From an uncultured Candidatus Brevefilum sp. (lineage in GTDB: Bacteria > Chloroflexota > Anaerolineae > Anaerolineales > Anaerolineaceae): a stretch of DNA of 64,000 nucleotides. Location: positions 22,443-86,442 of the forward strand of contig CAZLEK010000001.1 of assembly GCA_964558525.1 (NCBI GenBank), written 5' to 3'. The notes below the pieces were generated by a model. That model had not been told where the DNA came from and did no database searches. It saw only the letters and a list, made by a program, of their open reading frames with translations. The position numbers were made by a program, and so were the translations under genes. Position 1 is the first letter of the stretch, and every line of letters begins with the position of its first letter. Below are positions 44,921-55,229 of this stretch, piece by piece.

Positions 44921-46972
44921 ATGACAGAAGAGGAAAACTTAGCTGAAAGCCATCATGCCAACCAAAGTGGAAAAGATCAGGGTCATGAAACGAACGGGCA
45001 TGGGGGCCACCTGGAAATGTTTCGAAGGAAATTCTGGATCTCGACCCTGTTGAGTATCCCCGTCCTCGTGTTGAGTGAGACGATCCAGGGCTGGTTGGGT
45101 TATTCGATCCCGGATTTTCCGCTTTCTGGATGGATCGTCCCGGTTTTCTCTCTAATTGTTTTCCTTGTTGGCGGTTTGCTGTTTTTCCAGATGGCCTGGG
45201 GAGAATTAAAAGACCGCCAACCAGGCATGATGACGCTGATCTCCATGGCGTTGGCGGTAGCCTTTCTCTACAGCACCGCCTCGACGATCTTTACCCTGGA
45301 GAGCACCTTTTATTGGGAGTTGGTGACTTTGATCGATGTGATGCTCCTGGGGCATTGGATCGAAATGCGCTCGATCCGGCAGGCATCCGGCGCACTGCAA
45401 GAACTCTCGAAATTACTGCCTGATTCGGCCAATCTGGTCACAAACGATGGAGAAATTGAGCAAGTCAAAGTGTCCGAGCTGGAGGAGGGCGATTTGATGC
45501 TGGTTCGCCCGGGGGAGAGCGCACCGGCAGATGGTGAGGTTGTTGAGGGACATTCGACTATGGATGAATCGATGATTACCGGGGAATCGAAACCCGTCAG
45601 CAAGGAACCTGGCGATCAGGTGATCAGCGGAACGATCAATGGCGACGGCAGCCTGCGGGTGCAAGTGGCGGCAGTGGGGGAGGATACCACCCTGGCTGGG
45701 ATCATGCGCCTGGTTGAGGAGGCCCAGCAGTCCAAATCGCAAACCCAAATCCTGGCGGATAAGGCTGCTGGATGGCTTTTCTACATTGCGCTGGGAGTGG
45801 CGGTGGTGACGGCGATCGTTTGGCTGATCGCGATCGGTTGGGAGATCACAATTTTAAACCGTGTCACCTCAGTTTTGGTGATCGCCTGTCCGCACGCTTT
45901 GGGTTTGGCGATTCCGCTGGTGGTGGCGATTTCAACATCCATCGGGGCATCGAATGGGATCCTGGTGCGGGACCGTGCGGCCCTGGAAGCCTCACGAAAG
46001 CTGGATACCTTCGTCTTTGATAAAACCGGCACCCTGACCCAGGGTGAATTTGGGTTGGTGGGTGTGTTCTCGGTAGAGATAGTGGATGACAACCGCGCCC
46101 TAGGTCTGGCAGCAGCTCTGGAGAAAGATTCAGAACACCCGATCGCCAAGGCGATCCGCACCAGTGCAGAAGGAAAAGGTCTTGATATCCCGGATGCCAA
46201 AGACTTTGAGGCCGTCAAGGGCAGGGGCATAAAAGCCAGGATTGAAGGCGAGTGGTATCATGTGGGCAGCGCTCAGTTGTTGGAGGAATTGGACCTGGAA
46301 ATGCCTGAGGATGTCCAGGGGTTTTATGAAGAAGCCAGCCAGAAAGGCCAGACGATCGTGTTTCTCGCCAGAAATGAGGGCGTTTTGGGCGCCTTTGCGC
46401 TGGCAGACCAGATCCGCGCCGTTAGTTATGAGACCATCGAGCGCCTGCACCATAAGGGGTACGAAGTGGCCATGCTAACCGGGGATAGCGAAGCTGTTGC
46501 CAAGACGGTTGCGGAAGAGTTGGGCATTGATCTCTATTTTGCGGAAGTGCTGCCCGAAAACAAAGATCAGCAGATCCAAATCCTGCAGGATGAGGGCAAG
46601 AAGGTCGCTATGGTGGGGGATGGGGTCAATGACGCCCCAGCGTTGACCCGGGCGGATGTGGGTATTGCCATTGGCAGCGGCACGGATGTGGCGATTGAAT
46701 CCGCCGGCATCATCCTGGTGGAGAATGACCCCAGCGACATCTTGAGCATTATTAAGCTAAGTGAAGCCACCTACCAGAAGATGGTGCAGAACCTGATCTG
46801 GGCGACAGGATACAACGTGATTGCTCTGCCGCTGGCTGCGGGCGTCCTGGCGCCGATTGGGTTTGTGCTGCCGCCGGCAATTGGCGCCTTGATCATGTCG
46901 CTCAGCACGGTGATCGTGGCGATTAATGCCCAGTTCCTCAATCGGGTTCGGGAGGAAATTTCCTCCGTTTGA
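44921..46972 (+). CDS. P1B-type heavy-metal ATPase, CopB-like (CPH motif)
   Basis: His-rich N-terminus with no CxxC domain, TM motif CPH (IACPHALGLAIP), DKTGTLT and GDGVNDAP. Confidence 0.9.
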   Translation: MTEEENLAESHHANQSGKDQGHETNGHGGHLEMFRRKFWISTLLSIPVLVLSETIQGWLGYSIPDFPLSGWIVPVFSLIVFLVGGLLFFQMAWGELKDRQPGMMTLISMALAVAFLYSTASTIFTLESTFYWELVTLIDVMLLGHWIEMRSIRQASGALQELSKLLPDSANLVTNDGEIEQVKVSELEEGDLMLVRPGESAPADGEVVEGHSTMDESMITGESKPVSKEPGDQVISGTINGDGSLRVQVAAVGEDTTLAGIMRLVEEAQQSKSQTQILADKAAGWLFYIALGVAVVTAIVWLIAIGWEITILNRVTSVLVIACPHALGLAIPLVVAISTSIGASNGILVRDRAALEASRKLDTFVFDKTGTLTQGEFGLVGVFSVEIVDDNRALGLAAALEKDSEHPIAKAIRTSAEGKGLDIPDAKDFEAVKGRGIKARIEGEWYHVGSAQLLEELDLEMPEDVQGFYEEASQKGQTIVFLARNEGVLGAFALADQIRAVSYETIERLHHKGYEVAMLTGDSEAVAKTVAEELGIDLYFAEVLPENKDQQIQILQDEGKKVAMVGDGVNDAPALTRADVGIAIGSGTDVAIESAGIILVENDPSDILSIIKLSEATYQKMVQNLIWATGYNVIALPLAAGVLAPIGFVLPPAIGALIMSLSTVIVAINAQFLNRVREEISSV

Positions 46973-47072
46973 TTGTTCAGGGCACCCATTTATTGTGATT
47001 TCGTATAGACATGAAATATTAGGCAATCTTTTGGATTAAAAACTGACCGAGACCAGCAGCCCAATTTCAGCA

Positions 47073-47101
47073 TTGACCCGTCATGGCCTTTATGGCATAA
47101 T
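47073..47101 (+). promoter_or_regulatory. Putative promoter of the ileS leader
   Basis: TTGACC (47073..47078), a 17-nt spacer, then CATAAT (47096..47101). Confidence 0.5.
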
Positions 47102-47107
47102 GGTAGC

Positions 47108-47398
47108 GTAAGAAATTGGCAAGATTTGGCCTTGATGGAAACGAGTAAGCGGTCTGCTGGTTGGCAGCGACCCCGGGACGGGTGAGAGCCGGGGAACCAT
47201 GTCCGTTGAAAATCCTTCCGGAGCTGCGACCTGAACCTCCCCAGTGGAAAAATAGGGAAGCCAGAGTCATTCTCTGTTATCAACATGCGGTTATGTCTCT
47301 CTGTGGCGCAGCCGGCTGAGGAGCTCATACTTCGTGTGAGAACCAGGGTGGTACCGCGGGTCATTGACTCGTCCCTGATTGGGACGAGTTTTGTGTTT
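47108..47398 (+). promoter_or_regulatory. T-box riboswitch leader with a candidate Ile (AUC) specifier
   Basis: Canonical T-box sequence AGGGTGGTACCGCG at 47345..47358, whose UGGU bulge matches an ACCA tRNA end. Terminator hairpin at 47366..47390 plus TTTGTGTTT. Specifier-loop candidate has AGTA on the 5' side and GAA-A-ATC (47212..47214) on the 3' side. Confidence 0.85.
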
Positions 47399-47425
47399 AA
47401 TTATTTTAAATTTTTTGGAGGCTCA

Positions 47426-50400
47426 ATGTTCGAACCAGTATCATCACGTTTGAATATCACTTTGCTTGAGAGCGAAATCCAGAGGTTCTGGGAAAAGCAT
47501 GATATTTTTCACCAATCGTTGGAAAGTCGGGAGGGGGGCCCCGAGTACGTCTTCTATGAGGGACCGCCGACAGCCAACGGCAAACCGGGCGTGCATCATG
47601 TATTGGCGCGGGTCTTTAAGGACATGTTCCCCCGTTATAAATGCATGAACGGTTATCATGTCCTGCGGCGGGGCGGCTGGGATACCCACGGTCTGCCCGT
47701 TGAAATCGAAGTTGAAAAGCAGCTTGGGTTTATGAATAAGCAGGAAATCGAAGACTTCGGCATTGCCAAATTTAATGAGCTTTGCCGGGATTCCGTATTC
47801 ACCTATATCCGAGAATTTGAGAAGCTCACCGACCGGATCGGTTATTGGGTTGATATGGAAAATGCCTATATCACTTATAAAAATGACTATATTGAATCTG
47901 TTTGGTGGCAGCTCAAGCAAATTTGGGATCGGGGGCTGCTTTACCAGGGCTTCAAGGTTGTGCCCTACTGCCCACGCTGTGGAACGCCGCTCTCCGACCA
48001 CGAGGTCGCCCAGGGGTACGCTCAGGTTTCAGATCCCTCTTTGTTTGTGCGCATGCCTCTGGTGGATGAGGAAAATACCTCGCTGCTGGTTTGGACGACG
48101 ACCCCCTGGACGCTTCCAGGCAATGTGGCCGTTGCCGCACATCCGGAAATTGATTATGTGAAGGTGTCTTTGGGAGAGGGTGCTGAGCAGGAGTTCTTGA
48201 TCCTGGCGAAGCCGTTGTTAGAAAAAGTCTTCGGCGATCAGCCTTATGATGTCGTGAAGACTTTCAAGGGAAAGCAGTTGAAGGGCAGGCACTACCATCC
48301 GTTGTTCACCTTCTTGCCGGTAGAAAAAGATGCCCATTATGTTGTGCTGGCTGATTTTGTCACCACGGAAGACGGCTCAGGGTTGGTGCACCTGGCCCCG
48401 GCCTTTGGTGCAGATGATATGCAGATGTCCATCGAAAATGATCTGCCCATTTTAATGACCGTAAATGAGAGCGGTCGATTTACCAGTGATGTCACGCCCT
48501 GGTCCGGGATGTGGGTGAAGGATGCTGACCCACTCATCGTCAAAGACCTGGATCAGCGCGGCTTGATGTTTAAAGTGGCGACATACGAACATACCTATCC
48601 CTTCTGCTGGCGCTGCAATACGCCTTTGCTGTACTACGCCCGTCCGACCTGGTATATCCGCACCAGTACATTAAAGGATCGCCTGGTGGCTTTGAATGAA
48701 GATATCAACTGGTACCCGGAATACATCAAAAACGGCCGGTTTGGCAACTGGTTGGAAAACAATGTAGATTGGGCTCTTGGACGTGAACGCTATTGGGGGA
48801 CGCCGCTCCCGGTTTGGGAGTGTGAGAGCTGTCATAACCAGGTTTGTGTTGGCTCGATAGAGGAACTCAGTGAGCTTGCGGGCCGCGACCTGAGCGATCT
48901 TGATCTGCATCGCCCCTATGTGGATAATGTACACCTGGTATGCCCGGAATGCACCGGCCGGATGAACCGTGTGGTGGAGTTGATTGATGTCTGGTTTGAT
49001 TCGGGCGCTATGCCGGTGAGCCAGTGGCATTACCCATTTGAGAACCAGGAGACCTTTGAGCAGCAGTTCCCGGCGGATTTCATCTGTGAAGCGGTGGATC
49101 AAACACGGGGTTGGTTTTACACTTTGCATGCCATCAGCACATTGGTGTTTGACTCCCAGAGCTTTAATAATGTGATCTGCCTGGGGCTGATCCTGGATAA
49201 GGAAGGCCAAAAGATGTCCAAATCCCGCGGGAACGTGGTTGAACCCTGGGATGTGATCGAAGAGCACGGTGCGGATGCCTTGCGCTGGTACTTATTCACC
49301 GCCAGCCCGCCTGGCCAGGAGCGGCGCTTCTCAGAGGAGCTGGTAGGTGAGGTTGTGCGCAACTTCACTTTGACCCTCTGGAATACCTACTCATTCTTTG
49401 TTACTTATGCCAACCTGGATGAATGGCAGCCAGAGAGAGACCAAGAGCCCAAATACAGTGATTTGGACCGCTGGCTGCTGTCCTCATTGAACACTCTGGT
49501 GCGAGACGTGACGCACGCTTTTGAAAATTATGACGTCCTGGGCGCAACCCGCCCGATCGAGAAATTTGTGGACCAACTTTCGAACTGGTACCTGCGCCGA
49601 TCCCGACGCCGCTACTGGAAAACAGAATCAGATTCGGATAAATCCGCCGCTTATGCGACTTTATACCAGGCCTTAAAGACGCTCGCTTTCCTGCTGGCGC
49701 CCACTATGCCCTTTATGGCTGAAGAACTGTACCAAAACCTGGTTCGCAAGGTGTCTCCGGACGCGCCGGCTTCTGTCCACCTGGCGATGTGGCCGAAATA
49801 TGATCCTGAAAAGATCGATGAAAAGCTCAACCGGGAAATGACGACCGTTATGAAGCTGGCTTCCTTGGGACATGCTGCCCGGAATTCTGAAAACCTAAAA
49901 GTCCGGCAGCCCTTGGCGGAAGCGGCTTTTGTGGTCGGCAATCTGGAGGAGCAGAGCGTGGTTTCCGATTACGCAGAGCTCCTCAAGGATGAGTTGAACG
50001 TCAAAGAAGTGAGTTTGTTGGGAAGCGCCAGCGAAGCGGTGGCATTCAGCCTGAACCCCCTGCCGAAACAGCTTGGACAGCGGTTCCAGTCCTTATTCCC
50101 CAAGGTACGTGAAGCCCTCCTGGAACTGCCTGCCGATCGCTCCGCAAGGAAACTGCTGGATGGAGAGACCCTCTCGATCACGGTGGAAGGCGAAACTTAT
50201 GAGATTGGTCCCGAAGAAGTTGAGGTGCGCGCCGAATCAAAAGAGGGCTATGCTGTCGCCTCGGAAAGCGCTTACCTGGCCGCGCTGGTGACGGAAATGA
50301 CGCCGGCTTTGGTAAAAGAAGGGCTTGTCCGAGAATTTGTTAGGCGGGTACAATCACTGCGTAAGGATGCTGACCTTGACATCTCTGACAGGATCCATCT

Positions 50401-50572
50401 GTACTTCACAGCTTCAGAAGGCCTGGCGGCGGCCATTGTGGCTTTTCCAGATTACATCAAAGAAGAAACCCTGGCCGTCAGCCTTAATCCTGGGGAAAAC
50501 CCTGAGGGGCTGCCTTTCTTGCAGGATGAGTTTGACGAGGAAACGGTCCGGATTAGCATCGTAAAAGCCTAA
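47426..50572 (+). CDS. ileS: Isoleucine--tRNA ligase
   Basis: PTANGKPGVHH (HIGH region), KMSKSRGN (KMSKS) and editing domain. GGAGG RBS before the ATG at 47426. The track's 47285 start runs through the T-box leader. Confidence 0.95.
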   Translation: MFEPVSSRLNITLLESEIQRFWEKHDIFHQSLESREGGPEYVFYEGPPTANGKPGVHHVLARVFKDMFPRYKCMNGYHVLRRGGWDTHGLPVEIEVEKQLGFMNKQEIEDFGIAKFNELCRDSVFTYIREFEKLTDRIGYWVDMENAYITYKNDYIESVWWQLKQIWDRGLLYQGFKVVPYCPRCGTPLSDHEVAQGYAQVSDPSLFVRMPLVDEENTSLLVWTTTPWTLPGNVAVAAHPEIDYVKVSLGEGAEQEFLILAKPLLEKVFGDQPYDVVKTFKGKQLKGRHYHPLFTFLPVEKDAHYVVLADFVTTEDGSGLVHLAPAFGADDMQMSIENDLPILMTVNESGRFTSDVTPWSGMWVKDADPLIVKDLDQRGLMFKVATYEHTYPFCWRCNTPLLYYARPTWYIRTSTLKDRLVALNEDINWYPEYIKNGRFGNWLENNVDWALGRERYWGTPLPVWECESCHNQVCVGSIEELSELAGRDLSDLDLHRPYVDNVHLVCPECTGRMNRVVELIDVWFDSGAMPVSQWHYPFENQETFEQQFPADFICEAVDQTRGWFYTLHAISTLVFDSQSFNNVICLGLILDKEGQKMSKSRGNVVEPWDVIEEHGADALRWYLFTASPPGQERRFSEELVGEVVRNFTLTLWNTYSFFVTYANLDEWQPERDQEPKYSDLDRWLLSSLNTLVRDVTHAFENYDVLGATRPIEKFVDQLSNWYLRRSRRRYWKTESDSDKSAAYATLYQALKTLAFLLAPTMPFMAEELYQNLVRKVSPDAPASVHLAMWPKYDPEKIDEKLNREMTTVMKLASLGHAARNSENLKVRQPLAEAAFVVGNLEEQSVVSDYAELLKDELNVKEVSLLGSASEAVAFSLNPLPKQLGQRFQSLFPKVREALLELPADRSARKLLDGETLSITVEGETYEIGPEEVEVRAESKEGYAVASESAYLAALVTEMTPALVKEGLVREFVRRVQSLRKDADLDISDRIHLYFTASEGLAAAIVAFPDYIKEETLAVSLNPGENPEGLPFLQDEFDEETVRISIVKA

Positions 50573-50589
50573 CAAACCGGGAGCCTTGA

Positions 50590-51129
50590 TTGAAGAAAAT
50601 AATAAAACAATATTGGTTATTGATCCTCATCGCAGGCGGCATATTAGTCCTAGACCAGGTGACAAAGGCGATCGTACGCGCCAACATCCCCTTCGGCGGG
50701 CGATGGATGCCATTGGATTGGTTAGCGCCGTATTTTCGCTTTGTCCATTGGGAGAACACTGGCGCGGCCTTTGGCTTGTTTCAGCAGGGCGGCGTAGTAT
50801 TTGCCATCCTGGCGGTTGCCGTTTCTGTTTTTATCGTATCTTACTACCCCCAGGTGCCTGAGGACGCAACCTTGATGCGGATTTCCCTGGCAATGCAGCT
50901 GGGCGGTGCGCTGGGAAACTTTATTGATCGGATAGTTTTTGGACCGGTCACGGATTTTATCTCAGTTTTGGGGTTTCCTGTATTCAACATTGCCGATTCT
51001 GCCATTACTGTGGGAGTGGGTCTGTTGATCCTTGGCTTGTGGCTGAGCGAACAACATGAGAACCTGGATGAGGAAGCAGAGAAGCAAAGTGGACGGGAAG
51101 ATAATCCCGCTCCAGAAGAGCTGGTATGA
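50590..51129 (+). CDS. lspA: Lipoprotein signal peptidase II
   Basis: 179 aa with NTGAAFG and FNIADSAI motifs; TTG start. Confidence 0.9.
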   Translation: MKKIIKQYWLLILIAGGILVLDQVTKAIVRANIPFGGRWMPLDWLAPYFRFVHWENTGAAFGLFQQGGVVFAILAVAVSVFIVSYYPQVPEDATLMRISLAMQLGGALGNFIDRIVFGPVTDFISVLGFPVFNIADSAITVGVGLLILGLWLSEQHENLDEEAEKQSGREDNPAPEELV

Positions 51130-52055
51130 GCCCCATCAGAAAGCAATTTGAGGTTGATACCACTTCCTTTGACCGGATTGATAAATTTCTTACCGATCGC
51201 CTGCCGGAAATCACCCGTTCGCAAATTAAAAGCTTGATTGAATCTGGAAAGGTCATCCTTGATGGGGAGATTGTGGGAAAAGCCGGGGCCAAACTTAAAC
51301 CCGGGCAAATGGTCGAGATCCAAATCCCTGATGGAGACCAGGATGGTTTGATCCCGGAAAGAATGCCCTTGGATATCCTTTATGAAGATGAGCAGGTCAT
51401 CGTCTTGAACAAACCAGCGGGGATGGTGGTTCATCCTGGGGCTGGCAACCCGACCGGGACGCTGGTCAATGCTTTACTGGCCCATTTCCCCCCCATACGA
51501 TGGGTGGGCGAGGAGGATCGCCCCGGAGTGGTTCATCGACTGGACAAGGACACATCAGGGGTTCTCATCTTTGCAAAAACCAACAAAGCTTATCAATGGC
51601 TTGTGGGGCAATTTAAATCCCGTGATCTTGAGAAAACCTATCTTGCGCTGGTGGATGGCCACCCGCCCACACCAACTGGAAGGATTGATGCGCCGATCAT
51701 CCGAGATACCCGAAACCGTACCCAAATGGCTGTCGGTCTGCGTGGCCAGGGTCAACCTGCGGTCACTGAATACTTTGAACGGCAGCGGTTTGAAGCCCAC
51801 AGTTTCCTGGAAGTTCACCCGATCACCGGGCGAACACACCAGATCCGCGTGCATTTAAACTACATTGGCGTACCGGTGGTCGGTGATACGGTGTATGGAC
51901 GCCGCCGCCAGAGCATTGAGATGGACCGGAATTTCCTGCATGCAAAATCATTGGGTGTGAAACTGCCTGGGGAGCGTGTCTTGCGGAAATTCACCGCGCC
52001 GCTGCCGGAAGACCTGCAGGCGATTTTGGATGCGTTAAACACCAAGGAGAGGTAA
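51126..52055 (+). CDS. rluD: RluA-family 23S rRNA pseudouridine synthase (RluD-like)
   Basis: S4 domain plus [15 protein letters not shown] catalytic motif. ATGA overlap with lspA. Confidence 0.88.
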   Translation: MSPIRKQFEVDTTSFDRIDKFLTDRLPEITRSQIKSLIESGKVILDGEIVGKAGAKLKPGQMVEIQIPDGDQDGLIPERMPLDILYEDEQVIVLNKPAGMVVHPGAGNPTGTLVNALLAHFPPIRWVGEEDRPGVVHRLDKDTSGVLIFAKTNKAYQWLVGQFKSRDLEKTYLALVDGHPPTPTGRIDAPIIRDTRNRTQMAVGLRGQGQPAVTEYFERQRFEAHSFLEVHPITGRTHQIRVHLNYIGVPVVGDTVYGRRRQSIEMDRNFLHAKSLGVKLPGERVLRKFTAPLPEDLQAILDALNTKER

Positions 52056-52059
52056 AGAA

Positions 52060-53106
52060 ATGAAATGGATTGACCTTCGTTCTGACACAGTTACCTTGCC
52101 AACCGAGAAGATGCGCCAGGCGATGGCTGAGGCTGAACTGGGTGATGATGTTTACGGCGAAGATCCAACGGTTAACCGACTCCAGGAATTGGCAGCAGAG
52201 CGATTGGGGAAAGAAGCGGCGCTATTCGTCCCTTCGGGAACGATGGGTAACCTGGCGGCTGTTTTGGCCCATTGCGGCCGCGGCGACGAAGTTATCATGG
52301 GCGATTGCGCCCACACCTTTCTTTATGAGGCTGGCGGCATTTCGGCCTTAGGTGGGATCCACCCTCACACGATTCCCAATCAGTCGGACGGCACCCTAAA
52401 ATTGGCGGATATTAAAGGCGCGATCCGGGCCAAAAATGAACATTTTCCGATTTCTAAGCTGCTGATCCTCGAGAACACGCATAACCGCTGCGGCGGCGTG
52501 AGCATCTCCCGGGATTTCATGCTTGCCGCCGCTGAGCTGGCGCATCAGGCTGGCCTTTCCGTGCACCTGGATGGCGCCAGGATATTCAATGCTGCTGTGG
52601 ATCAAGGGCGGCCCGTCGCGGAAATGGTGGAGATGGTGGAGAGCGTGACTTTTTGCCTGAGCAAGGGTTTGTGCGCGCCGGTTGGTTCAGTTTTATGCGG
52701 CTCAAGAGATTTTATCGATAAGGCCCATCGTATTCGCAAACAGCTGGGCGGCGGGATGCGCCAGGCAGGGGTGCTGGCGGCTGCCGGGGTGGTTGCTCTT
52801 GAAGAAATGGTGGATCGATTGGCGGAAGACCATGCCCATGCAAAAGCGCTGGCGGAAGGCCTATCCAGAATTCCAGGCATTGGTTTGGATAAAGGCTCGC
52901 CAAATACCAATATGGTGTATATTGCTCTGGACCCTGAAATGGGAACGGACGCAAAGCTGTTTTCAGAGCGGCTTCAGGAACAAGGGATCCTGGCTGGCAT
53001 CACCGGTCCCAGACATTTCAGGTTGGTGTGCCACTATTGGATCCGGGAGAAAGATATCTCAAAGATCGTTCAGGCCTTTCTGAACGTTATGGCGATAAAT
53101 TCCTGA
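52060..53106 (+). CDS. ltaE: Low-specificity L-threonine aldolase
   Basis: [17 protein letters not shown] and a PLP-lysine region (FCLSKGL); 348 aa. Confidence 0.85.
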   Translation: MKWIDLRSDTVTLPTEKMRQAMAEAELGDDVYGEDPTVNRLQELAAERLGKEAALFVPSGTMGNLAAVLAHCGRGDEVIMGDCAHTFLYEAGGISALGGIHPHTIPNQSDGTLKLADIKGAIRAKNEHFPISKLLILENTHNRCGGVSISRDFMLAAAELAHQAGLSVHLDGARIFNAAVDQGRPVAEMVEMVESVTFCLSKGLCAPVGSVLCGSRDFIDKAHRIRKQLGGGMRQAGVLAAAGVVALEEMVDRLAEDHAHAKALAEGLSRIPGIGLDKGSPNTNMVYIALDPEMGTDAKLFSERLQEQGILAGITGPRHFRLVCHYWIREKDISKIVQAFLNVMAINS

Positions 53107-53222
53107 TCTGGCAGGGCTTTCACCGAGGGGGATGATTATACAATTCGAAACAGAATGCAAATCCATTGTTAATATTGATAGTGGATAATTAATGCGATCA
53201 TTCGCTATTTCTTGGAGAATAC

Positions 53223-54590
53223 ATGCTTGTTGTCCTGTCTGATCTGCATTTTTCTGAGGCGCAATCAACCCAAATTGGTGAGCACCGCTTTAACCGGAAT
53301 TTGCCCCCTGAGGCCTATCAGGCTTATTTTTCTGAGATCAACCAATTCGCCAAAGCTAATCAAGTAGAGAAAATTGACCTGGTCCTGGCTGGCGATACGC
53401 TGGAGATTTCCAGGTCTGGCATCTGGCTGGAAAGCGAGCACCGTCCATACATAAATAATCAGGCCGTAAAGCCAGGGTCTGAGCTAGAAGCAGTCATCCT
53501 TAAAATTCTGGACACCATCGCACAGGAGGAGAAGGTCAGAGAAACCTTGGCGATCTTTAGAAACCTTCGCAGCCTATTTGAGATGGATGTTCAGCTGCAT
53601 CTGATCCTGGGGAATCATGACCGCCTTGCCAATGCAACATCGGAAACCCGGAGAAGGGTCAGGGGGATGTTCGGCCTTGCTGACAGTTCTGACCGCATTG
53701 AAAATTTCCATGTATTTACAGATGATGCTGGGAACCCGTTTTGCCTGGTAAGGCATGGGCACGAATACGATCCAACTAATTTCTCAATCAACGTTCGGAA
53801 AATGGACACCATCCCAACCACATTCCCAGAAGAAGCCTACGACAGGGCGGTTCTGGGCGATATCACCACCAGTGAATTTGGGGCTGCCCTTTCACAATTA
53901 TTTCTGCTGGACCAGGGAGAGGAGAATATCCTGAATAGCAGGAAGCGGATGGCCCTGTATCAGCGATTGATGGAGTTTGATGATGTGCGTCCGACGACAG
54001 CCTGGCTGTCATATCTTTTTTCGACACCTGGTGTAAAGAAAAGAAAGACCTGGAAGCTGATCGAACCAGCCCTCACACATGTGATCAATACCCTCGCTTT
54101 CCACAAACGCTTCCACAACACGCTGAAACAATCCAATGCCCTGAGTCCCTTGGTAAGGGTCTTGTTGATGGGGATCCTGCGCTCTGGTCTATTTAAAAGG
54201 GGCATTTCTTACTGGTTGATGAAACAGATCATGAAATTTGTATCCAAGAACATTAATGTTCAATCTCAAGTTAAGTGGGCTAAGCGTGAGGAGTTGATCC
54301 AGGATAAAGATTCAACCTGTAAGTGCGTGGTGAGTGGACATACGCACTTCGCTGAAGTATCATTGATAACTGCGAAAAAGCAAAATGAACAGTATTATAT
54401 CAATACCGGCACCTGGCGCAATGTGATCCCCGCCACGCGCAAATTCAAGCATTTTGGTCGCTTGAAGGCCTTGACCAAAGTGATCCTGTTTTACCCGAAG
54501 GAAAAGAATGAGCTATCCAATGACCGGGATTGGGCCTTTCAGTATTTGAGCGGTGTGAGTTATGGAGAACATCGCCACCTGCAAAATTAA
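53223..54590 (+). CDS. Calcineurin-like metallophosphoesterase
   Basis: LSDLHF, AGDTLE, GNHD, HGHEYD and SGHTH motifs in canonical order; 455 aa. Confidence 0.72.
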   Translation: MLVVLSDLHFSEAQSTQIGEHRFNRNLPPEAYQAYFSEINQFAKANQVEKIDLVLAGDTLEISRSGIWLESEHRPYINNQAVKPGSELEAVILKILDTIAQEEKVRETLAIFRNLRSLFEMDVQLHLILGNHDRLANATSETRRRVRGMFGLADSSDRIENFHVFTDDAGNPFCLVRHGHEYDPTNFSINVRKMDTIPTTFPEEAYDRAVLGDITTSEFGAALSQLFLLDQGEENILNSRKRMALYQRLMEFDDVRPTTAWLSYLFSTPGVKKRKTWKLIEPALTHVINTLAFHKRFHNTLKQSNALSPLVRVLLMGILRSGLFKRGISYWLMKQIMKFVSKNINVQSQVKWAKREELIQDKDSTCKCVVSGHTHFAEVSLITAKKQNEQYYINTGTWRNVIPATRKFKHFGRLKALTKVILFYPKEKNELSNDRDWAFQYLSGVSYGEHRHLQN

Positions 54591-54595
54591 CTGCT

Positions 54596-55222
54596 ATGAC
54601 TTCGATCCGCGCCTTTATCAAACAATTATTAAAATCTGAAGACACGATCACCATTGTTTCAGGCTTACCCCGGTCTGGCACCTCGATGATGATGTCTGCA
54701 CTGCAAGCAGGGGGTCTGCCTATTTTGACCGATCATCAGCGCCAGGCGGATCCAAACAACCCAAAAGGGTATTTTGAGTATGAACCGGTTAAGAAGCTGG
54801 CGAAAGGCCAAACTCGATGGCTGCTTTCAGCGCATGGTAAGGCAGTTAAGGTCATTTCAGCGCTGCTGAGCTTTCTGCCGGATGATTTTCACTATAAGGT
54901 GATCTTCATGGATCGGGATATTGATGAAATCCTGGCTTCTCAAAAGCGCATGCTGGAAAGATCTGAGATCGAAGAAGAAAAACCCCTTTCTGACGCAAAG
55001 TTGCGCCAGGAATATCTGGATCACCTTTCATCAATAAAAACCTGGCTTGATTCCCAGGACTGGCTAACCGTACTGACAATCAGTTATCATCAGGTTTTAT
55101 GTGAGCCTCAGGCAACCTTCCAAAAGGTGGACGCGTTTTTGGACAAGAATCTGGATGTTCATGCAATGACTCGGGTGGTGGATCCAAGCTTGTACCGGGA
55201 GCAGAATAAACGATCAATTTAA
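54596..55222 (+). CDS. Small sulfotransferase-like P-loop protein
   Basis: SGLPRSGTSMM PAPS-type loop. ATG at 54596, 5 nt after the upstream stop. Confidence 0.6.
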   Translation: MTSIRAFIKQLLKSEDTITIVSGLPRSGTSMMMSALQAGGLPILTDHQRQADPNNPKGYFEYEPVKKLAKGQTRWLLSAHGKAVKVISALLSFLPDDFHYKVIFMDRDIDEILASQKRMLERSEIEEEKPLSDAKLRQEYLDHLSSIKTWLDSQDWLTVLTISYHQVLCEPQATFQKVDAFLDKNLDVHAMTRVVDPSLYREQNKRSI

Positions 55223-55229
55223 GGATTTT

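Noticed and set aside
47285-47425. The upstream 47 codons of the ileS track ORF, and the antisense ORFs 46990..47364 and 47067..47270
   Set aside because: This stretch contains the T-box core and its terminator hairpin. GGAGG precedes the ATG at 47426, and the protein from there starts like other IleS enzymes.
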